Assembly: GCA_047602425.1 (NCBI GenBank)
Contig: JASGHG010000001.1
Coordinates: 3,488,001-3,552,000 of the forward strand
Reading direction: 5' to 3'
Source: Nibricoccus sp.
GTDB lineage: Bacteria > Verrucomicrobiota > Verrucomicrobiia > Opitutales > Opitutaceae
DNA: 64,000 bases
Within the stretch, counting starts at the first letter, position 1; every line of letters starts with the position of its first letter. Under the pieces are notes generated by a model. That model did no database searches, was not told the DNA's origin, and was given only the letters and a program-made list of their open reading frames with translations. This document shows, piece by piece, positions 33,053-41,531 of this stretch. Made by a program: the position numbers and the translations under genes.

Positions 33053-34092
33053 ATGAAGACAACCTCCTTGGATTTAAGACGGCGGATCGTGGAAACCTAC
33101 GACGAAGGCAAGTGGACGCAGGAAGAGGTGGCGAAGCGTTTCCGGGTTTCGCTGGGGATGGTCAAGAAGCTGTTGATCCAAAGACGCCGGACCGGGCAGA
33201 TCGAGGCGCGGCACCGGTTTTCCGGGCGCAAGCCGCGGCTTTTGCCAGAGTCGGGCGAGCAGATGAAGGCATTGGTGGCGAAGGAGCCGGACCTGACGCT
33301 GTGCGAGATCAAAGAGCGCCTTGAGTTGGATTGCACGATAGCGGCGGTCCATTGGGTGCTGGGCAGGCTGGGCCTGACATATAAAAAAAGACGCTCCATG
33401 CAGCCGAGCAAAACCGTCCCGACATCGCCAAAGCGCGCAAGGCCTGGAAGCGCGCACAAAGCGGGCTCGACCCGGCGCGCCTGATCTTCATCGACGAGGC
33501 GGCGGCCAAGACCAACCTGACTCGACTGCGGGGCCGCTCGCCACGCGGAGAGCGGCTGGTCTGCCACGCCCCGCACGGCCACTGGTGCACCACCACCATG
33601 ATCTCGTCGGTGCGGCTGGACGGCACCACCGCTTGCATGACCATCGAGGGCGCGACCAACACCGAGGTCTTCCATGCTTATGTGCGCGAGATACTCGTTC
33701 CCACCCTTCAGCCCGGAGACATCGTCGTCATGGACAACCTCGGTGCCCATAAAAACGAACGTACCCTGGAGCTGATCGCACAGGCCAAAGCCGAAGTGCG
33801 TTTGCTTCCAGCGTACTCCCCCGATCTCAATCCGATCGAAATGATGTGGAGCAAGCTCAAGGCTCTTCTTCGCAAAGCCCAAGCCCGCAACCATCCCGAT
33901 CTACTTGCCGCCATCGCCTCCGCCTTGGCCGCCGTCACCCCTCAAGACGCCCTCGGCTGGTTCGCCCATTGCGGTTATAGTTTTTATTCGCTCTGGGTCG
34001 AATACCCCGAAGCTTGCTTCGGCTTGGATGTTTGGGAGGGCAAGGGATGGAGAGTCGATATATCCACAAAGCGCATAATGTATCGGTGTTGA
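33053..34092 (+). CDS. IS630 transposase, orfA/orfB joined by a -1 frameshift
   Basis: HTH orfA (33053-33484). An A7G run at 33383-33390 links it to the -1 frame KTLHAAEQ...FIDE...VMDN...SPDLNPIE (DDE). The native stop is displaced by the IS200 insertion, so the frame now ends at 34092. Confidence 0.88.
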
Positions 34093-34535
34093 TGTACCAT
34101 CTGGTTTGTGGGGCGAAATATCGGCGGGTGGTGATGAGTGATCATGTCGATGAGGTGTTGCGGCAGGCGTGCTTGGAGATCGAGAAGCGTTGGGAGATTC
34201 GATTTTTGGAGATTGGATTAGATAGGGACCACGCGCATTTCTTAATCCAGTCGGTACCAACCTACAGTGCGACGCGGATTGTCACGACGGTGAAGAGTAT
34301 GATTGCTCGGCAGGTGTTCGCACACGCACCGGAGGTGAAGCGGCAGCTCTGGGGTGGTGAGTTCTGGGGGAAAGGATATTTTGTGAACACGGTTGGGCAG
34401 CATGGCAGTGAAAAGGTGATCGCTGCTTACGTGCATGGGCAGGGTGGTAAAAGTGAGTATCGCCAGTTGCACAAGGGACAGATGGATTTGGGCTTGGTTT
34501 GAAAATGCCTCGGGGCTTGCCCCGAGGATCTTTAC
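33985..34535 (+). mobile_element. IS200-type element (tnpA only; IS200/IS605 family)
   Basis: Subterminal hairpins CCGAAGC-TT-GCTTCGG (34007-34022) and CCTCGGGGC-TT-GCCCCGAGG (34508-34527) flank a Y1 transposase. Junctions are ambiguous by a few nt in T-rich sequence. Confidence 0.85.
34047..34502 (+). CDS. tnpA: Y1 HUH transposase
   Basis: YHLVCGAKYRR, DHAH (HUH), LWGGEFW, YFVNTVG, AYVHGQ (catalytic Tyr..Gln). Confidence 0.93.
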   Translation: MESRYIHKAHNVSVLMYHLVCGAKYRRVVMSDHVDEVLRQACLEIEKRWEIRFLEIGLDRDHAHFLIQSVPTYSATRIVTTVKSMIARQVFAHAPEVKRQLWGGEFWGKGYFVNTVGQHGSEKVIAAYVHGQGGKSEYRQLHKGQMDLGLV

Positions 34536-34570
34536 TTGAAATGCTCTAGGTTTCTCTGTCCTCGGTGCAT

Positions 34571-34698
34571 TAGAGCACATACAATAAAAACTGTAACCGT
34601 AAATCGTGGTATTAATGGAGCTGTCTTCGTAGGGGCGCAGCAAGACTGCGCCCCTACAGCCGGAGTTGTGCGGCTATGACATTTTTAAAAATGCTCTA
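34571..34698. mobile_element. IS630-type MITE (128 bp including flanking TA)
   Basis: TA|GAGCACATACAATAAAAACTGTAACCG ... CGGCTATGACATTTTTAAAAATGCTC|TA. Both ends resemble the neighbouring IS630 IRs; no transposase. Confidence 0.7.
34629..34657. repeat. GTAG-type REP-like palindrome
   Basis: GTAGGGGCGCAG-CAAGA-CTGCGCCCCTAC, a perfect 12-bp stem. Confidence 0.65.
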
Positions 34699-34850
34699 GG
34701 ACGTTGTTAGGGTGGGGAGGGGATTGGACGGGTTTATTTGCCGTTGGAACATGCGTTGTGACCGTCCGCAAAATGGAGGCTGCAACAACGTGAACCACCG
34801 CTCATCGACTTTTCGTCAGAAAAAATGGCAGCGGCCCTTGCATTCATATG

Positions 34851-34879
34851 ATTAGCCTCCTAATTATCAGCCTCCTCAT
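34851..34879 (+). promoter_or_regulatory. Putative tandem MarR operator
   Basis: ATTAG-CCTC-CTAAT palindrome followed after 1 nt by the degenerate copy ATCAG-CCTC-CTCAT, directly upstream of marR and overlapping a TATGAT -10-like box. Confidence 0.55.
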
Positions 34880-34896
34880 CGCTTTTCTCCTGCCAT

Positions 34897-35460
34897 ATGG
34901 CTCAAATGATTCTCAAGAACCTGCCTCGTTACGAGTGCCTGCACGAGGCGGCGCAGCAATTTCCCGATCTCGATCCGTCGGCGATGGTGGCGTATCTGCA
35001 TCTCTTGAGGGCGGGAACCGACTGTCAGGAATTCAGCCATGAATATTTATCATCCCATGGTGTCTCTTCGGGCCGTTTCACCGTGCTCATGCTATTGCTC
35101 AAGCGTCAGGCTTGTGGGGAAAAAGGCGAAATTGTTACACCAGCTGAACTCGCGGAAATGGCGGGTTGCACGCGCGCGACTATGACCGGCCTGATCGACA
35201 CGCTCGAACGCGACAGCTTGGTCAAGCGGCTGCCTGACGCGACAGACCGTCGCATGATGACGGTTAGCCTAACGACAAAAGGCACCGCCTTGCTGAACAA
35301 GTTGTTACCGGGTCATTTCAAACGGCAGGCGGAATTGATGGCCTGTCTTTCAGAGGCCGAGCGCAAGACACTCGTACGGCTGCTTGAGAAAATCAGCGAA
35401 CAACTGTCCTCCATTCGCGGCGGGGAACCGTCATCGCCTGGTTGTGTTAAGCACGGGTGA
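34897..35460 (+). CDS. MarR family transcriptional regulator
   Basis: TPAELAEMAGCTRATMTGLIDTLE...DRR..VSLT..G winged HTH. Confidence 0.92.
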   Translation: MAQMILKNLPRYECLHEAAQQFPDLDPSAMVAYLHLLRAGTDCQEFSHEYLSSHGVSSGRFTVLMLLLKRQACGEKGEIVTPAELAEMAGCTRATMTGLIDTLERDSLVKRLPDATDRRMMTVSLTTKGTALLNKLLPGHFKRQAELMACLSEAERKTLVRLLEKISEQLSSIRGGEPSSPGCVKHG

Positions 35461-35524
35461 TTCTTGCCTGAGGGATTCGCAAAACCGGGAAACCAATTTT
35501 CAATCAATAACAGTTCAACATCCT

Positions 35525-36646
35525 ATGCTAAAGAAATTCATCATCACTCTATTTGCCTTCACCTTGTTGGTGGTAGGACTTGGTGCGGTCAAGGTCGCGC
35601 AAATCAAGGAGATGTCCTCGCATCCGCATGTGCAGCCCGCGGCGGCCGTCACCACAACCGAAGCTCATACCGAAAACTGGAATCCCGTTATCCACAGTAT
35701 TGCTACGATCGCGCCCGTCCAAGGTGTCACGATCAGCGCCGATGCCGCGGGTGCCATCGTGAAAATCCACGCGGAGAGCGGCAGTTCCGTCAAAGAGGGC
35801 GACCTCCTGATGGAGATCGACACTTCGGTTGAGAATGCGCAACTCCGCGCAGCCGAGGCCCAACTCGTGCTCGCAAAATTGAACGCTCAACGCGCCACCG
35901 ACCTGTTGGCCAAGAGTTCCATCAGCCAGGCTGAACTCGACGTGGCGACCGCTCAGCTTAACCAAGCCGAGGCGAGTGTCGCCGGACTCAAAGCCGTGAT
36001 TGAGAAGAAGACCGTTCGTGCGCCTTTCGCCGGCCGCGTCGGTATTCGCTCCGTCAATCTCGGGCAGTATGTCTCCGCCGGTCAGGCGCTCGTGCCGCTC
36101 CAGAAACTGGATACATTGTACGTTAACTTTAATGTACCGCAACGCCAGCTCCCGAGCGTTTCGCTTGGCCAGAAGGTAATCGTCAAGGTCGACGCGTTTC
36201 CCAACCTCCCATTTGAGGCCACCGTCACTGCGATCAACTCACAAGTCGATCCCGCCACGCGCAACGTTTCCGTGCAGGCCACTCTCGCCAATCCCGAGGA
36301 AAAGCTGCGCACCGGTATGTTTGTTCAGGTCGAGCTTGAGCTGCCCGCCGGCGACCCGCAAATCGTGCTGCCCGCCACGGCCATCGCCTATGCTCCTTAC
36401 GGAAATTCCGTCTTCATCGTGGAAAAAATGAAGGGCAAGGACGGCAAGGAATACCTCGGCGTCCGCCAGCAATTCATCAAGATCGGAGCCACCCGAGGCG
36501 ATCTCGTCTCTGTCTCCGGCGGCATCAAGGTCGGCGAACAGGTTGTCTCTTCCGGTGTGTTCAAGCTTCGCAGCAACATGCCCGTGCAGGTGAACAATGT
36601 CGTTCAGCCGAACAGCGACCCTGCTCCAAAACCAGCCAACACCTGA
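35525..36646 (+). CDS. RND efflux periplasmic adaptor (MFP)
   Basis: N-terminal TM, lipoyl half-motifs, APFAGRVG, VDPATR, LRTGMF. Confidence 0.93.
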   Translation: MLKKFIITLFAFTLLVVGLGAVKVAQIKEMSSHPHVQPAAAVTTTEAHTENWNPVIHSIATIAPVQGVTISADAAGAIVKIHAESGSSVKEGDLLMEIDTSVENAQLRAAEAQLVLAKLNAQRATDLLAKSSISQAELDVATAQLNQAEASVAGLKAVIEKKTVRAPFAGRVGIRSVNLGQYVSAGQALVPLQKLDTLYVNFNVPQRQLPSVSLGQKVIVKVDAFPNLPFEATVTAINSQVDPATRNVSVQATLANPEEKLRTGMFVQVELELPAGDPQIVLPATAIAYAPYGNSVFIVEKMKGKDGKEYLGVRQQFIKIGATRGDLVSVSGGIKVGEQVVSSGVFKLRSNMPVQVNNVVQPNSDPAPKPANT

Positions 36647-36731
36647 GTATCTGCGTGAACGCGGCCGGAGTCACTGACTCCGCCGCAACGCGGATTACCC
36701 GCGCTCCAACGTTTTTTCCTAACCTTTTCCC

Positions 36732-39700
36732 ATGGTATCAAAAAGTTTTACCGATCTGTTCGTCCGCAAGCCCGTCATCGCGCTTGTCGTCAACATCATC
36801 ATCCTCGTGGTCGGCGCGGTCGCATATTTCAAGCTCAACACCCGCCAATATCCACGCAGCGACAGTGCGGTCGTCAATGTCAGCACTTACTACTTTGGCG
36901 CGAGCGCTGACACCGTGCGCGGTTTCATCACCACGCAACTCGAACGCGTCATTTCCAGTGCCGATGGCATCGACTACATCGAATCGTCGAGTAGCGCCAG
37001 CCTGAGCACAATCAAGGTGTATTTGCGGCTCAACTACGACACCAATGCCGCCCTGGCCCAGATCAGTTCCAAAATCGATCAGGTGCGCAACGAACTCCCG
37101 CCGGAGGCGGAGGCGCCCAGCATCAGCGTCGAGACGAGCGACAGCCAGTTCGCTTCGATGTACCTGAGCTTCTACTCCGAGTCGCTCGACCAAAACCAAA
37201 TCACCGACTACCTCAGCCGTCTCGTGCAGCCACGCCTCTCCGCCGTGAAGGGCGTGCAGAAGGCGGACATTCTTGGCGGCCGTGTGTTTGCGATGCGTGT
37301 CTGGCTCAAGCCCGACGAACTTGCCGCCCGCGACCTCAGCCCTGCGGAGGTTCGTCAAACGCTACTCTCCAATAATGCTCTCGCTGCCGTAGGCGCTACC
37401 AAGGGTTCGATGCTCAGCGTCAGCCTCGTGGCCAACACCGACCTGCGCAACGTCGACGAATTCAAAAAAATGGTCGTGTCCGAGAAAAATGGCGCGATCG
37501 TGCGACTGGCCGACATTGCCGATGTCGAACTGGGTGCGGAAAACTACGACGCCGACGTCCGCTTCGATGGACAAACCGCCACCTTCATGGGCATCTGGGT
37601 TCTTCCGACCGAGAGTACGCTCGAAGTGGTCAAACGCGTACGCGCCGTGCTGCCTGAGATCGAACGCGGTCTTCCGGCCGGTTTGAAGCTCAAGCTCGCC
37701 TACGACGCCACCAAGTACATCGACGACGCGTTGCACGAGATTCTGACCACGCTCGGCGAAACATTGCTGATCGTGATGATCGTCATCTTCCTTTTCCTGG
37801 GTTCTATTCGTTCGGTCCTGATTCCCATCGTGGCCATGCCGCTTTCATTGGTCGGTGCGCTTATTCTAATGGTGGCATTTGGCTTCACGATCAACCTGCT
37901 CACGTTGCTGGCAATCGTGCTCGCGGTCGGTATCGTCGTCGACGACGCGATTGTGGTTGTGGAAAATATCGAACGCCACATTCGCGAAGGGAAATCGCAG
38001 ATGGACGCTGCCATTCTTGGTGCACGTGAATTGGTTGGCCCTGTCATTTCGATGACCATCACGCTCGCCGCGGTCTACACGCCGATCGCCTTCCAAGGTG
38101 GACTGACTGGTGCGCTCTTCCGCGAATTTGCCATGACGCTTGCGGGCGCCGTCGCTGTTTCCGGTTTTGTCGCTCTCACCCTCTCGCCCATGATGAGCGC
38201 CTACTTGCTCAAGGATCGGGCTCATGAAGAGCAGGGCTTCAGCGGTCGGATCAACCGCGACTTTGATCGGCTGCGCAAAACTTACGACCGCGCGATTGGT
38301 GCGATGCTGAAGGTGCGTGAAAATGGACGCATCTCCTGGTCGTTGCTGCTTTGGTCGCTGGTTGCCTGGATTCCAATTTGGCCCATCGCCGTTGGTGTAT
38401 TTGCCTTGGTTGGCGGTATGGATGTGGCCAAAGGTGCAGCTAAGCCATTGCTTGGCGGACTCGCCATGGCATCGATTGCCGGTGCCGTCTTGGTGGTGAT
38501 TTTCGATGCATTGCTGCGCCGTCGCTTTGTTTGGGTGCAGTATGTCCTGACCGGTGCCGCGATGCTCACCGTACTCCTGGTCTTTTTCTTCAAGTTTGCC
38601 CAAAACGAACTGGCTCCAAAAGAGGATCAAGGCGTGGTTTTCAGCATTCTACTTCCTTCGCCGACTTCGACCATCGAGCAAAACGTGATGTATGCCGAAC
38701 AGGTTCAGAAAATGTTCACGAGCATTCCCGAGTACGATAATTCCTTCCAAATCACAGGAACCAACTTCGGTTTTGCCGGAGCGATTTTGAAGCCCTGGGC
38801 GGAACGTAAACGGAATTCCCTGCAGATCGAAGCCACCTTGCAGGCTCCTGCCGCAGCCATTCCAGGTATCCAAACGGTGATTACGACGCCGGAACCTTTG
38901 CCGTCCGGCGGACAATATCCCATCGAGTTCGTCATCCGCTCTACTGCGGAGCACCGCGAGATTTATGACTACGCCAATCAGTTGATGATTTACGCCAATA
39001 CCGAGGCGAACGATCCAAACGGGGCTCCGACTTTCTATTTTGCCGATAGCGATTTGAAATTTGACCTGCCGCAGGTCGAGATCGTCATCGACAAGGACAA
39101 GGTCGCCTCGATGGGTCTCAATCTGAGCGATGTCGCTCGCGATCTCGGCTCGATGCTCGGTGGTGGTTACGTCAATCGGTTCGTCAACGAAGGCCGCAGC
39201 TACCGTGTAATTCCACAGGTTGAACGCGGTCAGCGACTCAACGCCGAACAATTGCTCAATTACCACGTGCGCGACCCCAGCGGTCAGCTCATTCCGCTTT
39301 CGACCATTGCGACGCTGAATCATACCGTGCAGCCGCGTACCTTGAACCGGTTCCAACAGCTAAACTCGGTTAAGATCATTGGTGTTGGTCCGAGCATCGA
39401 CAATGCGCTCAAGAAGCTCGAAGCCAAGGCCGCGGAAATCCTGCCTGCCGGGTACTCGATCGATTACGGCGGTCAATCGCGTCAATTGCGCCTCGAAGGC
39501 AGCGCGCTCTGGAAAACGGGTTTGCTCGCGGTCCTGTTGATCTTCCTCGTGCTCGCGGCGCAGTTTAATTCGTTCCGCGATCCTTTCGTGATTTTGCTTG
39601 GTTCGGTGCCATTGGCGCTCGTTGGCGCGATGCTGCCGGTATTCCTTTGGAAAACCTCGCTCAATATCTACACCCAGATCGGCTTGATCACGCTCGTCGG

Positions 39701-40061
39701 CCTTATTGCCAAGAACGGCATCCTCATTGTGGAATTCGCCAATCAGCTTCAGCTGCAGGGCGTGGCCAAAATCGATGCTATTCGCCGCGCGGCCGACACT
39801 CGTCTGCGTCCGGTGCTCATGACTTCGGCCGCAACCGTCTTCGGCCATCTCATGCTTATCTTTGTCACCGGTCCGGGCGCCGCAGCCCGTAATTCCATTG
39901 GTTGGGTGCTGGTGGTTGGCATGGCGGTCGGCACGATTTTCACCCTTTTCGTTGTACCGGCTTTCTACATGCTCATCGCCAAAGACCATCGCGCAGGTCA
40001 GCGTGTGGCAGCTGCGAAGCCAGTCGCCCTGCCGGTGGCCGAGGCCATTCCGGTCAAATAA
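36732..40061 (+). CDS. RND efflux permease (AcrB/MexI-like)
   Basis: GIVVDDAIVVVEN, AMRVWL, KNGILIVEFA, RLRPVLMT; 1109 aa. Confidence 0.95.
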   Translation: MVSKSFTDLFVRKPVIALVVNIIILVVGAVAYFKLNTRQYPRSDSAVVNVSTYYFGASADTVRGFITTQLERVISSADGIDYIESSSSASLSTIKVYLRLNYDTNAALAQISSKIDQVRNELPPEAEAPSISVETSDSQFASMYLSFYSESLDQNQITDYLSRLVQPRLSAVKGVQKADILGGRVFAMRVWLKPDELAARDLSPAEVRQTLLSNNALAAVGATKGSMLSVSLVANTDLRNVDEFKKMVVSEKNGAIVRLADIADVELGAENYDADVRFDGQTATFMGIWVLPTESTLEVVKRVRAVLPEIERGLPAGLKLKLAYDATKYIDDALHEILTTLGETLLIVMIVIFLFLGSIRSVLIPIVAMPLSLVGALILMVAFGFTINLLTLLAIVLAVGIVVDDAIVVVENIERHIREGKSQMDAAILGARELVGPVISMTITLAAVYTPIAFQGGLTGALFREFAMTLAGAVAVSGFVALTLSPMMSAYLLKDRAHEEQGFSGRINRDFDRLRKTYDRAIGAMLKVRENGRISWSLLLWSLVAWIPIWPIAVGVFALVGGMDVAKGAAKPLLGGLAMASIAGAVLVVIFDALLRRRFVWVQYVLTGAAMLTVLLVFFFKFAQNELAPKEDQGVVFSILLPSPTSTIEQNVMYAEQVQKMFTSIPEYDNSFQITGTNFGFAGAILKPWAERKRNSLQIEATLQAPAAAIPGIQTVITTPEPLPSGGQYPIEFVIRSTAEHREIYDYANQLMIYANTEANDPNGAPTFYFADSDLKFDLPQVEIVIDKDKVASMGLNLSDVARDLGSMLGGGYVNRFVNEGRSYRVIPQVERGQRLNAEQLLNYHVRDPSGQLIPLSTIATLNHTVQPRTLNRFQQLNSVKIIGVGPSIDNALKKLEAKAAEILPAGYSIDYGGQSRQLRLEGSALWKTGLLAVLLIFLVLAAQFNSFRDPFVILLGSVPLALVGAMLPVFLWKTSLNIYTQIGLITLVGLIAKNGILIVEFANQLQLQGVAKIDAIRRAADTRLRPVLMTSAATVFGHLMLIFVTGPGAAARNSIGWVLVVGMAVGTIFTLFVVPAFYMLIAKDHRAGQRVAAAKPVALPVAEAIPVK

Positions 40062-40074
40062 CAAACCACTTGCT

Positions 40075-41424
40075 ATGAAACAAATGTTCCTGAAGTCCGC
40101 GCTGTTCGCGCTTACCGCCATCGTGCCGGCCATCGTAATGGCCGCACCTGAGCCCGACCGCGAGGTCCCGCCGCGACTCGATCTGCCCGGCGCGATTCAG
40201 TTCGCCATCGAAAACAACTTCGACATTCGCCAGGCCCGCGAACGCATCCGCCAGCAGGAAGGTTTGCTGGTGGAGATTCGCTCGCGCAGCATTCCCAATG
40301 CCGACGTGAGCTACTATTACACGAAGTTCGACAAGAACCGGCTCGAGCCCGTGCAGCGCATCACCGATCAGGATTGGGCGGTCGAATTTTCCGTCACGCA
40401 AACCCTGTTTGCCGGTGGTTCGGTTTATTCCTCGATCGGCGCGCAAAAACTTCGCCGCGAAGCCGCGCTGCTCGAACTGCGATCCGTGATCAGCAACGTC
40501 CTTCTCGGCGTGCGTGCGCAGTTCAACGCAGTGCTTCTAGCCAAAAAGAAAATCTCCGTCGCCGAACAGAGCCTCAACCTCTTGGAGGAACAGCTTAAAA
40601 CCGTGCGCGATCGCTACGAGGCCGGCACGCTCTCGAAGTTCGACCTGTTGCGCGCCGAAGTTGCCGTGGCTAACGGCAAGCCGTTGCTCATCCGTTCCCG
40701 CAATGCCTATCGCATTGCCATCGAAGAGCTGCGTCAGACCCTCGGCTTCACCACGCTCACCCCTGGCACCGTGACGAAAGTTCCCGAATTTCTCGGCGAA
40801 CTCACTTACGAGCCGACTAACATCGAGCTGCAAGCTGCGCTCGAATCCGCACGCGCCAACCGTCCCGAACTCCAGCAGCTCTACAAATTGGAGCAGGCTG
40901 CGGAGAAGAGCGTGACAGCTGCCAAAGGAAATTATTATCCCAACTTAGGCGTGGGAGCTGGTTATATCGTTAAAAAATCCTCCGCTTCCGACGATCTCGG
41001 CAAGACTCGCGAGGGCTGGAATGCCATCGTGCAGGGCAGCTGGGCGATTTTCGACGGACGCGCCACCGCTGGCCGCGTCGCACAGGCCCGTTCCGCACTT
41101 GCGCAGACAAAACTTTCCGCCGCCGAATCCCAACTAGCGGTCGACGTTGAAGTGCGCCGCGCCCACTCGGCGCTGCAAGAAGCATCCGAACTTGTTACTG
41201 CCTCCAAAGCCGTGGTCGAACAGGCTGCCGAAAGCGTGCGCCTGTCGAAGGCACGTTTTGCCGCCGGCACCGCCACGCAACTAGACGTTCTGCAGGCTCA
41301 AGTCGCTTTGACCGACGCCAGCACGAACGAAGTCGAAGCGCTCTACAACCACACGGTGGCTCTGGCTAGCTTGCGCAAAGCGATGGGTGTAGCCGATGCG
41401 TTTGCACCGACTCAGACTCCTTGA
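40075..41424 (+). CDS. TolC family outer membrane protein
   Basis: Signal peptide; two OEP repeats (RYEAGTLSKFDLL, RFAAGTATQLDVL). Confidence 0.92.
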   Translation: MKQMFLKSALFALTAIVPAIVMAAPEPDREVPPRLDLPGAIQFAIENNFDIRQARERIRQQEGLLVEIRSRSIPNADVSYYYTKFDKNRLEPVQRITDQDWAVEFSVTQTLFAGGSVYSSIGAQKLRREAALLELRSVISNVLLGVRAQFNAVLLAKKKISVAEQSLNLLEEQLKTVRDRYEAGTLSKFDLLRAEVAVANGKPLLIRSRNAYRIAIEELRQTLGFTTLTPGTVTKVPEFLGELTYEPTNIELQAALESARANRPELQQLYKLEQAAEKSVTAAKGNYYPNLGVGAGYIVKKSSASDDLGKTREGWNAIVQGSWAIFDGRATAGRVAQARSALAQTKLSAAESQLAVDVEVRRAHSALQEASELVTASKAVVEQAAESVRLSKARFAAGTATQLDVLQAQVALTDASTNEVEALYNHTVALASLRKAMGVADAFAPTQTP

Positions 41425-41448
41425 GTTAATTCCAAATTAAGTCTTCCG

Positions 41449-41482
41449 CCCGGAACCGACGCCTGTTGGTTCCGGGTTTTTT
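41449..41482 (+). terminator. Intrinsic terminator of the efflux operon
   Basis: CCCGGAACCGAC-GCCT-GTTGGTTCCGGG followed by T6. Confidence 0.8.
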
Positions 41483-41531
41483 ATTTCCAAATTGAAATTT
41501 GGGAAAAGCTCCGGGGTTGCGCGAAAAGCTC

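Larger units (their letters stand above)
32996..34548 (+). mobile_element. IS630-family insertion sequence, right IR interrupted by an IS200-type element
   Basis: Left end TA|GAGCGTTTCAAATAAAACTATAG. Right end is split into GGTTATAGTTTT (~33973-33984) and TTGAAATGCTC|TA (34536-34548). TA flanks both ends. Confidence 0.9.

Noticed and set aside
33383..33390. Transposase frameshift read as a pseudogene lesion
   Set aside because: An A-run at this position joining the HTH and DDE frames is the normal programmed arrangement in many IS630 elements.
34503..34700. TnpB/IscB or omega-RNA associated with the Y1 transposase
   Set aside because: No nuclease ORF; the element closes about 30 nt after the tnpA stop, and the downstream hairpin belongs to the MITE.
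36652..36692. Hairpin CGGAGTC-ACT-GACTCCG between the MFP and RND genes
   Set aside because: No T tract and single copy; at most an mRNA stability element.
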